This document shows, piece by piece, positions 49,153-57,570 of a stretch of DNA of 64,000 nucleotides. The DNA is taken from contig JAJYLN010000004.1 of the NCBI GenBank assembly GCA_021787665.1, forward strand, positions 68,415 through 132,414. The letters are read 5' to 3'. A program made the translations under genes and the position numbers. The stretch comes from a bacterium. Lineage in GTDB: Bacteria > JAMCPX01. A model generated the notes under the pieces. That model was not told where the DNA came from. It worked only from the letters and a program-made list of their open reading frames with translations, and ran no database searches. Position 1 is the first letter of the stretch; the number at the start of each line of letters is the position of its first letter.

Positions 49153-50415
49153 TCACCTGTCGATCGGCTCGACGTGGATGTTTACCACCGAGTGGGGGAT
49201 GGATCGGTTGATGTCTGCCTCCAGCATATCGCAGATACCGTGTGCCTGTTCCACGGAGAGGTCCCGGGGCAGCTCCAGGTGGAAGTCTATCATGTACCTC
49301 TTCTCGGTGTGCCTGATAGTAAGGTCGTGGAACTTCATCCCATGCGACGTTATCACGTCGGCTATCGACGCGCGGGGCGCGGGCCGGCCCGGTCCCCCGG
49401 CCGCTTGGTCGGCCCCGGTCGCCGTATCGGGCTCAGCGTGGATGACGACGTCCGCGTCGTAGCCGAGCGCTGACAGATCCTGCTCGATCCTCTCGGTGAT
49501 GTCGTGCACCTGCTTGAACGGGAGCGTCTCCGGCACGCTGATGTGCATGTCTATGAATACTTTGCTGTTGCTGTGCCTGATCCGTATGTTATGCACGTCC
49601 GTCACGCCGCTGATCCTGATCGTGCTGGACCTTATCTGCTCTGCCAGTCCCTCCGGGGCCCTGTCAAGAAGGATGAGGACCGTCTTTCTGCCGAGCCTGT
49701 AGCTCGCCGTGAGCACGAGCAGGGCAACGGCTATGGCTGAGAGGGGGTCAGCCTCCGGGAAGCCTGCCCTCGTGGCTACCAGTCCTATGATGACCACGGA
49801 AGAGCTCAGGATGTCGCTGGAGAAGTGCAGCGCGTCTGCTTCGAGCGCCTGGCTGTTATACTTTTTCGCTGTCCTGGCAAGTACCTTCGCTCTCGATGCG
49901 TCGACCAGAATAGCGAGTGCCATGACGCCGAAGGACATCCAGGTTACCTCTATCGAGACCGAAGCGACGAACAGCCGCAGCACTGCTTTGTCTATGATCA
50001 CCAGACTGGTGGCGACGAGCAGGCCCGCCTCTATCAGCGCGGACAGGCTCTCGTACTTGCCGTAGCCGTAGTTGTACCTCGTGTCCGCGGGCATGTCGGA
50101 TACCCGTACGGTAAAGTACGTCAGCAGTGCGGCCCCGAGATCGAGCATCGAGTGTATGGCCTCGGAGATGATACCGAGGCTCCCGGTCGCGATACCCACA
50201 ACCAGCTTGATCACGATCAGGAACACGCTCGCCGCGACCGAGCTCAGGGCGACACGCTGCTTTATGGTCGATGGAGCCTGTTTACCCATGGGGACAGTAT
50301 CCCATACGCCGGCGACGTGATCAATACTTATGGGGGCCCTCTCCCCTGCGCGATCATGACGAGAGGGTTGTTGACGAGAAAACGTTCTTTTTTGTTGCAA
50401 AGGTTGACTGTTCAT
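49153..50415 (-). CDS. Cation diffusion facilitator (CDF) family transporter with two tandem C-terminal cytoplasmic domains
   Basis: Six-helix membrane domain with the HSMLDLGAAL motif, then two successive CTD-like segments (ISGVTDVHNIRIRHSNSKVFIDMHISV... and HGMKFHDLTIRHTEKRYMIDFHLEL...). Likely real start at MGKQAPSTIK. Confidence 0.75.
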   Translation of the reverse strand: MNSQPLQQKRTFSRQQPSRHDRAGERAPISIDHVAGVWDTVPMGKQAPSTIKQRVALSSVAASVFLIVIKLVVGIATGSLGIISEAIHSMLDLGAALLTYFTVRVSDMPADTRYNYGYGKYESLSALIEAGLLVATSLVIIDKAVLRLFVASVSIEVTWMSFGVMALAILVDASRAKVLARTAKKYNSQALEADALHFSSDILSSSVVIIGLVATRAGFPEADPLSAIAVALLVLTASYRLGRKTVLILLDRAPEGLAEQIRSSTIRISGVTDVHNIRIRHSNSKVFIDMHISVPETLPFKQVHDITERIEQDLSALGYDADVVIHAEPDTATGADQAAGGPGRPAPRASIADVITSHGMKFHDLTIRHTEKRYMIDFHLELPRDLSVEQAHGICDMLEADINRSIPHSVVNIHVEPIDR

Positions 50416-50438
50416 TTCGTCGTGCGTAGCTTTGCCGT

Positions 50439-51929
50439 ATGGAGATGAACAGGAAGCCCCTCAAGATAGCGGTGTACGCAGCGATCGGCGTCCTCTGGGC
50501 CATCAGCATGGCGTACCTGTTGAGGTCCGTACACGATGATACCTTCGCGTCGTACCGTCCGGAGACAAGGATCGTGGCAGGCGCTCTGTCGGAGTGGATG
50601 GGGCTCTATATGGGTACCAGGAAGATAGGCTATGACCACGAAGAGATGTTGCCCTCGAAGGGCGGTTTCGTCTTCAGGACCCGGCTGTTCATGCGGATCA
50701 TGCTCATGGGACATGAAAAAGACATAACCACGGTAGCGGACTCTACTACGGACAGCAACTACCTCCTGAAGGACCTGAACTTCTCCCTGAAGACCGCCGG
50801 CATGGAGATTGCCGCGCGGGGCAGGATCGAGCACGAAACGCTGTTCCTGCATATGATCGGCCCCGGGGGAGAGACCACCCGGCAGATACCGCTCAAGGAG
50901 CCCATCCTGGATTCCGACAGTATTGTGATGCGGATCGTGAAAGACGGGTTCGGGAGGTCCGTGTACAACTTTTATACCTTTGACCCCACGGTCCAGCAGA
51001 CCCTCCCGGTACGTGTCAGGATACTGGGCAGGGAGGAAAAGACCATCATGAACAGTCCCGTCAGTACGTTTAAGTTGCGGGTCGCTATAAAGGACATGAG
51101 TGAGACCATGTGGGTCACTCCCCAGGGAGAGACCGTGGAAGAGATAAGCCCTCTCGGCTTCAGGGCCGTGCTCGAGCCCCGGGCGATCGCGCTCACGAAG
51201 GGCTGGGGCAAGGAGCCCGTAGACCTCATAGCAGCGACAGCGATTCGGGCGCAGGGGATCAGCATAACCTATCCTGCCGAGGTCCGGAGCATGGAGGCCT
51301 ACGTTACCGGCATGACGGGTAGCGAGCTGCTGCCGTCCTTCGACTTCCAGACCCAGCAGGGTGACCTCGTGACAGTCCGAACGCCGGCGGACATCCGGTC
51401 CTATCGGTTACCGTACCGGGGCGCTGAGGACCTGCACGGGCTCTCCGTCCGGCAGGAGCTGAAAAGCTCGCCCCTGATCAATGCGGATAACCGGAACATT
51501 ATCGACACCGCACGATCGATATTGAACGGCGAGACGGACGCGAGGAAGGCTGCGGCGATGATCAACCGGTGGGTGTACGTCCATGTGAAGGACAGTTATA
51601 CGGTTGCGCTGCCCCGCTCCATAGACCTGTTGCAGTCGCCGAAAGGGGACTGCAAGGCACATACTATCCTGTTTACCGCACTCGCGCGGGCCGTCGGTAT
51701 CCCCACGAAGATGGCGATGGGCGTCGTGCTGATGGGCGACGGGTACTTCTACTATCATGCGTGGCCGCTCGTCTACCTGGGCGGATGGGTACCCGTGGAC
51801 CCGACGCTCGGAGAGTTCCCTGCGGACGCGACGCACATCGTCCTTGCGAGCGGCGACCTTACCAACTGGATGAATATCCTCGGCGTGGTCGGCAAGCTCA
51901 GGATAGACATCATGAGGGCACGACCGTAG
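50439..51929 (+). CDS. Transglutaminase-like cysteine peptidase superfamily protein (membrane-anchored)
   Basis: 496-aa ORF with N-terminal TM helix and a C-terminal transglutaminase core (GDCKAHTILFTALARAVGIP ... YYHAWPLVYLGGWVPVDPT). Confidence 0.7.
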   Translation: MEMNRKPLKIAVYAAIGVLWAISMAYLLRSVHDDTFASYRPETRIVAGALSEWMGLYMGTRKIGYDHEEMLPSKGGFVFRTRLFMRIMLMGHEKDITTVADSTTDSNYLLKDLNFSLKTAGMEIAARGRIEHETLFLHMIGPGGETTRQIPLKEPILDSDSIVMRIVKDGFGRSVYNFYTFDPTVQQTLPVRVRILGREEKTIMNSPVSTFKLRVAIKDMSETMWVTPQGETVEEISPLGFRAVLEPRAIALTKGWGKEPVDLIAATAIRAQGISITYPAEVRSMEAYVTGMTGSELLPSFDFQTQQGDLVTVRTPADIRSYRLPYRGAEDLHGLSVRQELKSSPLINADNRNIIDTARSILNGETDARKAAAMINRWVYVHVKDSYTVALPRSIDLLQSPKGDCKAHTILFTALARAVGIPTKMAMGVVLMGDGYFYYHAWPLVYLGGWVPVDPTLGEFPADATHIVLASGDLTNWMNILGVVGKLRIDIMRARP

Positions 51930-51948
51930 GCTCGGAGGGAGACGGTCC

Positions 51949-52797
51949 CTACTCCAGCCTCGTTGCGAACCAGTCCACGATCCTGGGGAGCACCTGTGAC
52001 ATATGTTCGAGGAGGAGCATGTGTGCTGCGCCTTCTATCTCCACGTAGGTATGGAGATTACCCTTCAGCGCATAGAATGCCCTCTCCGAGACCTCCTTGG
52101 GTATGATCTCGTCCTTTGTGCCCGTTATGATCATCGTGGGAGGCATGGGCAGTCCCTGGAGAGTCGGCACATAGTCCTTCAGGGAGGATATCGCCCGTAC
52201 TGTGTAATACCCGGTGTACAGCTTGCTGCCCCTGAATATCTTCAGCATCTTCTGGTTATTGAAGACCCTATGCCAATCGAGGTACATGGACGTCGGGGAC
52301 CTGAGTGCCGGAAAGCGGCTGGTAAGATAGGAGAAAAGCGGCAGCAATTTCTTGTTGATCCCCGGGTACCTGACGATGTTGGTAAATTCCTTATAAACGA
52401 GCGCTGCGTTGTGCGCCACGGCCGCGCCTACCGGCAGGCCTTCCAGCGCGGCGTAGAAGACCACGATGCCACCCTGGCTGCTCCCCATGATGCCTATTTT
52501 TCCGGCATACTTCCCTTTCGCGTAGGACACGGTGTCTCGCAGGTTTTCTATGAGCATGGCAAGCGTAAAGTCACCGCGTTTCCCGGAAGAGTGCCCGTGG
52601 CCTATGGGATCGATACCGATTACATTGAATCCCTGGTACGCGAGCGCCTCGAGGAACGTCGCATAGAACTCGGACGCCGCCCCGGTGCCCGGGAAGAAGA
52701 CGACGGTCTTGTTCACGCCTGTATTGTTGAACACATCGAGGTGTATGCGTCCGCCGGTAGAGTTTATGAAAGTCTCTTCTCTTGTTATCCTACCCAT
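51949..52797 (-). CDS. Alpha/beta hydrolase (lysophospholipase / monoacylglycerol lipase-like)
   Basis: 282-aa ORF with HGHSSG oxyanion region and nucleophile elbow GSSQGG. Confidence 0.8.
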   Translation of the reverse strand: MGRITREETFINSTGGRIHLDVFNNTGVNKTVVFFPGTGAASEFYATFLEALAYQGFNVIGIDPIGHGHSSGKRGDFTLAMLIENLRDTVSYAKGKYAGKIGIMGSSQGGIVVFYAALEGLPVGAAVAHNAALVYKEFTNIVRYPGINKKLLPLFSYLTSRFPALRSPTSMYLDWHRVFNNQKMLKIFRGSKLYTGYYTVRAISSLKDYVPTLQGLPMPPTMIITGTKDEIIPKEVSERAFYALKGNLHTYVEIEGAAHMLLLEHMSQVLPRIVDWFATRLE

Positions 52798-52850
52798 GGG
52801 CCTTGTGTCCGCTCTGTATGACTTCCGTCCGCCGATCGCACCATAGATCC

Positions 52851-52876
52851 GGAGGGGCGGTTACCCCCGCCCCTCC
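52851..52876. repeat. Perfect 10-bp GC-rich inverted repeat (GGAGGGGCGG / CCGCCCCTCC) in the SPFH-hydrolase intergenic region
   Basis: Read directly from the sequence; no adjacent U-tract on either strand, so it is not a canonical intrinsic terminator; could be an RNA stability element or protein binding site. Confidence 0.3.
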
Positions 52877-52893
52877 GTGGTAGGTCCGAGTAT

Positions 52894-53649
52894 TTATTTA
52901 TTCTCCTGCAGCTTCCTGACGAAGGCGCTCACCAGGTCGAGCGGCATCGGGAATATGACCGTGGAGTTGTTTGAGGCTGCGATCTCTGTCAGGGTGTTCA
53001 GATACCGCAACTGCAGTGAGGCAGGCTCCTTGCTGAGGATAGCGGCTGCTTCGGAGTATTTCTGCGATGCCTGGAGCTCTCCCTCGGCATTGATCACCTT
53101 GGCCCTCCTGTCCCTCTCGGCTTCTGCCTGACGGGCCATCGCCCTTTGCATGTCCTGGGGAAGGTCGATCTGTTTGACTTCGACCGTAGAGACCTTGATG
53201 CCCCAGGGGGAGGTGTGCTTGTCTATGACTTCCTGCAGCTCCATGTTGATCTTCTCCCGCTCGGACAGCAGTTTGTCGAGTTCGCCCTGACCGCACACGC
53301 TCCTCAGGGTCGTCTGGGCGATCTGCGACGTTGCAAAGAGGTAGTTCTCCACCTCGGTGATCGCCTTGTTCGGGTCGATCACCTTGAAGTATACCACCGC
53401 GTTGACTTTGATGGAGACGTTGTCCTTCGTAATGACGTCCTGGGAGGGCACGTCGAGGGTAATCACCCGCGTACTCACTTTGAACATCTTGTCTATGAAC
53501 GGGATCACGTAGATGATGCCCGGCCCTTTGGCGCCTATCAGCCTGCCCAGCCTGAATATGACCGCCCGGTCGTACTCCTTCAGAATCTTGATGCCCGACA
53601 TGAGCACGAGCACTATAAAGATAAAAACAATACCCGTTACACTGTACAT
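52894..53649 (-). CDS. SPFH/band-7 (stomatin-like) protein
   Basis: 251-aa ORF with N-terminal TM segment and SPFH domain ([10 protein letters not shown]..., [18 protein letters not shown]), Ala/Glu-rich coiled-coil C-terminus; 3 nt downstream of nfeD. Confidence 0.85.
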   Translation of the reverse strand: MYSVTGIVFIFIVLVLMSGIKILKEYDRAVIFRLGRLIGAKGPGIIYVIPFIDKMFKVSTRVITLDVPSQDVITKDNVSIKVNAVVYFKVIDPNKAITEVENYLFATSQIAQTTLRSVCGQGELDKLLSEREKINMELQEVIDKHTSPWGIKVSTVEVKQIDLPQDMQRAMARQAEAERDRRAKVINAEGELQASQKYSEAAAILSKEPASLQLRYLNTLTEIAASNNSTVIFPMPLDLVSAFVRKLQENK

Positions 53650-53651
53650 GT

Positions 53652-54935
53652 TCAGTCCTCCTTCTTTTTTATTCTTAATACCATATCATGGTTCACGTCA
53701 TCAATAATAATGTTATCCCCGACCTTTATATCCGTCTGGTCGGACAGTGCGTCCCAATACGCGCCGTCGATAAATACCTTGATCCGGTCACCGTTCACGG
53801 CCTTTACGATACCCTCCTGACCAATGAGTCCCTCTTTCCCTGTTTTCGGCCTCTGCAACCTCACCCTGAGCGCGAGCCCCAGCGCTACGACAAAGAACAG
53901 TGCGGTCAGCAGTGCCGCCACGAGAATGAGTACCCATGAGACGGTGAACGAGGAGGACGAGGTATCGAACAGAAGGAGGGAGCCGAGTACAAACGAGGCG
54001 ATGCCTCCCACCGCAAGCATCCCGTGGCTCATCACCTTTACCTCCAGGATGAACAGTACGATCGAGAGCAGTATCAAGAGGATGCCTCCATAATTGACAG
54101 GTATAGTCTGAAACGATACAAAAGCAAGGATAAGCGACAGGGCGCCGATGACGCCGGGGAATATCGCCCCCGGGCTTGCGAGCTCGAAGAAAACGCCCCA
54201 CATACCCACGATCATGAATATGTACGCGATGTTCGGGTCGCTGACCACGAGGAGCACCCGCTCCCTCAGCGTCATCCGGATACGGCTGAGTGCCGCCCCC
54301 TTCGTGCGTAACGTATAGACACCCGATGTCTTCGTGATCTTCATCCCGTTGATGACCTTGAGGAGAGCCGGGACCGTAGGGGCGACGACGTCGATCACGT
54401 GGATTCTGAGTGCCTCTTCCGCCGGAACGGACACGCTCTGCCGCACGGACTCGGCTGCCCACCCGGCGTTGCGTCCTTTCTGCGCGGCGAGGCTCCTGAT
54501 GTAGGCGACCGCATCGTTCGTTACCTTCTTCTCCATCTCTTTCCCCAGCTTCTGTCCCATGGTGACCGGGTGCGCCGCGCCGATATTAGTGCCGGGTGCC
54601 ATCGCTGCTATGTCCGATGACATGACGATGAATACGCCTGCAGATGCGGCCCTCGAGCCCGACGGGTACACGTACGCAATGACCGGCAGTCTGGCATCCT
54701 CGATGGACTTCACGATAGTCCGCATGGACGTATCGAGCCCGCCCGGCGTGTCCATGGTCATAAGCAGTGCGCTGGCCCCGTCCTTCTCTGCCTGTCGTAT
54801 GGCACGGGGTATGTAGGATGCATACGCAGGTCCTATGGGGCCGTCTATGGATACCTCATCCACATGGTACTCCGCAGCGCGGCATATGACCGAGCATGAT
54901 AACGTCAACAGAACTATCAGGATTAGCCGTTTCAT
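53652..54935 (-). CDS. NfeD-family membrane-bound serine protease
   Basis: 427-aa ORF: signal peptide, ClpP-class protease domain, multi-TM region and C-terminal OB-fold segment; classic partner of the adjacent SPFH gene. Confidence 0.85.
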   Translation of the reverse strand: MKRLILIVLLTLSCSVICRAAEYHVDEVSIDGPIGPAYASYIPRAIRQAEKDGASALLMTMDTPGGLDTSMRTIVKSIEDARLPVIAYVYPSGSRAASAGVFIVMSSDIAAMAPGTNIGAAHPVTMGQKLGKEMEKKVTNDAVAYIRSLAAQKGRNAGWAAESVRQSVSVPAEEALRIHVIDVVAPTVPALLKVINGMKITKTSGVYTLRTKGAALSRIRMTLRERVLLVVSDPNIAYIFMIVGMWGVFFELASPGAIFPGVIGALSLILAFVSFQTIPVNYGGILLILLSIVLFILEVKVMSHGMLAVGGIASFVLGSLLLFDTSSSSFTVSWVLILVAALLTALFFVVALGLALRVRLQRPKTGKEGLIGQEGIVKAVNGDRIKVFIDGAYWDALSDQTDIKVGDNIIIDDVNHDMVLRIKKKED

Positions 54936-54965
54936 ATGGTCAATCTCAAGGCATGAGAAAAGAGA

Positions 54966-55670
54966 CTATCGCTTGGTTGTCGGGGCAGCACGTCCGAGCT
55001 CCGTCAACACCAGCTTCATATCGTCCCACACCAGCCTCTTATCTTTTTCGTTGCGCAGGAGGTATGCCGGATGGAAGGTCGGCATGACCCGTAAACCGTT
55101 GTAGCTGAAGAATTTCCCCCGCATGTCCGATATCCTCATCTGAGGCGGCAGCCCAAGCATCGTTGCCGTGGCGTATTTGCCAAGGGTAACGATGACTCTC
55201 GGTCTGATGATGTCGATCTGATCGAACAGATACGGAGAACACGCCCGAATCTCGTCTTCGCCCGGCTCCCTGTTTCCCGGCGGCCTGCATTTTATGACGT
55301 TCGCGATGAAGACCTCCTCCCTGCTCATACCCATCGCCCTTATGATGTCCGTGAGCAGCCTGCCCGCCCTGCCGACGAAAGGCCTGCCCTCCCTGTCTTC
55401 GTCAGACCCGGGTGCCTCGCCTATGAACATGAGGGACGTGCTGTGGCTGCCTTCTCCCGGCACGGTTTTGGTCCTTGTCTCCTTGAGTCTGCACTTGCTG
55501 CAATCGGACACAGCGAGCTGGATATTTTTCAGGGACAGCGCCCTGTTGCTCTGGAGTCGGGCGTCCGCTCCCTCTGTCCCGGCGGCGATGGCGGGCATGG
55601 GGAATCCCTCGTAGCCGAGCTCTTTCAAGTATCGCACGTACTCAACCAGCGATTCGATATGCTCCCTCAT
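54966..55670 (-). CDS. Uracil-DNA glycosylase, family 4
   Basis: 234-aa ORF with CSKCRL... Fe-S Cys context and the family-4 motif FIGEAPGSDEDREGRPFVGRAG. Confidence 0.85.
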   Translation of the reverse strand: MREHIESLVEYVRYLKELGYEGFPMPAIAAGTEGADARLQSNRALSLKNIQLAVSDCSKCRLKETRTKTVPGEGSHSTSLMFIGEAPGSDEDREGRPFVGRAGRLLTDIIRAMGMSREEVFIANVIKCRPPGNREPGEDEIRACSPYLFDQIDIIRPRVIVTLGKYATATMLGLPPQMRISDMRGKFFSYNGLRVMPTFHPAYLLRNEKDKRLVWDDMKLVLTELGRAAPTTKR

Positions 55671-55671
55671 G

Positions 55672-55846
55672 AATCAGTATATAAGCACAGCGGTATGGAA
55701 AAGGCAAAATAAATCAGTATAGCTGATGGGGAAAGCCCGGGACGATAAAGTCTTTGAGCTTCCGGTAATCTTCATCTGTAAAAAATAGCTCCTTACGCCC
55801 CTGACCTCGTGTGCACAGTTTGGTAGAGAGCGTCTTTATAGATCAG
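55672..55846. promoter_or_regulatory. Repeated ATCAGTATA motif (three copies, one as the palindrome ATCAGTATAGCTGAT) in the divergent intergenic region between the UDG and lipid-kinase genes
   Basis: Copies at about 55673-55681, 55713-55727 (palindromic) and inverted at 55837-55846 (TATAGATCAG); a candidate operator set. Confidence 0.25.
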
Positions 55847-55946
55847 CCTCATGGCCATGGGGTTGCATGGACAAACCCTCCGCTACCGTGTATAGTCTGT
55901 ACCGAACAGACGGTATCCGCTACGATAATTCAAAAAGGAGGAAGAA

Positions 55947-57017
55947 ATGATTTTACACTGCTGCATCATTAATAATATGAATGCCGGCAAGAACAAGGCG
56001 CATGCGTACAATAAGAGTAACTTCATACCCCACATCGTCAATGATACCTTTGCCATGGATACCTACTCGATGGATGACCTCGGCGTTGCTCTGGATTTCG
56101 TAAAGAAAGAGGGGATTAACCTGCTCATGATCAACGGGGGCGACGGCACCATGCAGATGACCATGACGGAGCTCATCAAGCACCTGCCGGAGGACAGGAT
56201 ACCCATCATCCTCCCCCTCAGGGGTGGGACGATGAATATGGTCGCAAACAACCTCGGCGTACGGAAATCGCCGATAGATACGGTGCGCATCATCATGCGC
56301 CATGTCGCTGCCTTCAACAGGGGTGAAGAGGATCTCTCCACGATACCGCTCAAGGTGCTCAAGATCAAGGACGCGCGGTACGGCGTGCGGTACGGCTTTA
56401 CCTTCTCGAACGGGGTCGTGTACAGGATACAGAAGGCGTACTACGCGACCGGCAATCCCTCGTTCCAGACGGCTGCAAACCTTACGACGGCGCTCATCGG
56501 CAGCTTTGTCCTCGGTACCCCGACCGGAAGAAAATATTTCGAGAGGATGAAGGTATGCATAGAGATAGACGGCAGAACTTATCCGTACGACAAGGTCATG
56601 CTGAGCGTCGCCTCTGTCCTAAAAAAACTTGTCCTATGGTTCAAGCCTTTCTATGAGTCGGAAAAGAAGGGACTGGACAAGTTCTATTTCCTCGCAGTGT
56701 CCATGGACTCTTTTACCATCATAGCTAACATACGGGCGTTATCGACCGGTAAGCTTCGCTCTGAAAAATCATTCAACAACGTCGCGCACGAAATACGGAT
56801 ACAAGCGGAGGGTGGGTACGGCGTCGACGGGGAACTGACCGAGGACGTACCGTCGGACGTCACCATCACGGAAGGCCCCCCGATCAACTTCCTCGTGGTA
56901 CCCGAGTCCATAAGGACCACGACGATGGGATTTACCTTCAAACACTGGCTGAACAGCGATCTCATCATAAACCATAACAATGCGAAGAGCCCAGCCGCAT
57001 ACCTGTTGCCGGCCTGA
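55947..57017 (+). CDS. Diacylglycerol kinase catalytic-domain (YegS/BmrU-like lipid kinase) family protein
   Basis: 356-aa ORF with the DAGK_cat glycine-rich motif (LLMINGGDGT); strong RBS (AAGGAGG) upstream of the ATG. Confidence 0.7.
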   Translation: MILHCCIINNMNAGKNKAHAYNKSNFIPHIVNDTFAMDTYSMDDLGVALDFVKKEGINLLMINGGDGTMQMTMTELIKHLPEDRIPIILPLRGGTMNMVANNLGVRKSPIDTVRIIMRHVAAFNRGEEDLSTIPLKVLKIKDARYGVRYGFTFSNGVVYRIQKAYYATGNPSFQTAANLTTALIGSFVLGTPTGRKYFERMKVCIEIDGRTYPYDKVMLSVASVLKKLVLWFKPFYESEKKGLDKFYFLAVSMDSFTIIANIRALSTGKLRSEKSFNNVAHEIRIQAEGGYGVDGELTEDVPSDVTITEGPPINFLVVPESIRTTTMGFTFKHWLNSDLIINHNNAKSPAAYLLPA

Positions 57018-57030
57018 AGGACAAAAAGAG

Positions 57031-57070
57031 AAAGGGCCCCCGCGGTCCAAAGGATCGTGCGGGCCCTCGT
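57031..57070. terminator. GC-rich hairpin between convergent genes (likely terminator, mainly for the minus-strand gene)
   Basis: Stem GGGCCCC...GGGGCCC around 57034-57066; on the minus strand it is followed by CUUUCUCUUUUUGUCC. Confidence 0.4.
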
Positions 57071-57102
57071 TACTTCCTCCTGAAACGTTACAGAGAAGGA
57101 AT

Positions 57103-57549
57103 CTACTTGCAGTTACCGATGCGCTTGCCCTGAAAGTGGTACGTCATGTGCATCGTGTGGATGTTCTTTCCCTCGGTGTCCATTACCATGGAGCCTTTGT
57201 AGCTCGTGCCATTGCTGTAGGTCATCTCGCCCGTGCTCGTCATCCCGTGCTTGCCCGTACATACCATCTTCCAGGTAACATGGTTGCCTGAGGCCTTGTA
57301 GTCCTGAACCTTGCAGTTCTCATCCTTTGAGGTCTTGGGGACCGTCTTCTCGGGGTCCTGTACATCCTTGGGGGTGATGCACTTGGTCTGCGTTATGGGT
57401 TTCATGGCAAACGGCATGGGCATACCCTTCATCTCCATGGAAGTCGTAATCTCCCAGAGGCCTGCCTTCATGCGCGGTGAGACCGCAAGGCAAACCGTAA
57501 CAAGCGATAGTACCAGAACCATTGAGCCGATCATCGTTTTTGAGTTCAT
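57103..57549 (-). CDS. Secreted hypothetical protein (DUF3617-like, GLWE motif)
   Basis: 148-aa ORF with signal peptide and a GLWEITT motif reminiscent of DUF3617 proteins; assignment is tentative. Confidence 0.45.
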   Translation of the reverse strand: MNSKTMIGSMVLVLSLVTVCLAVSPRMKAGLWEITTSMEMKGMPMPFAMKPITQTKCITPKDVQDPEKTVPKTSKDENCKVQDYKASGNHVTWKMVCTGKHGMTSTGEMTYSNGTSYKGSMVMDTEGKNIHTMHMTYHFQGKRIGNCK

Positions 57550-57570
57550 CTATGTTCCTCCTTATTGTTT

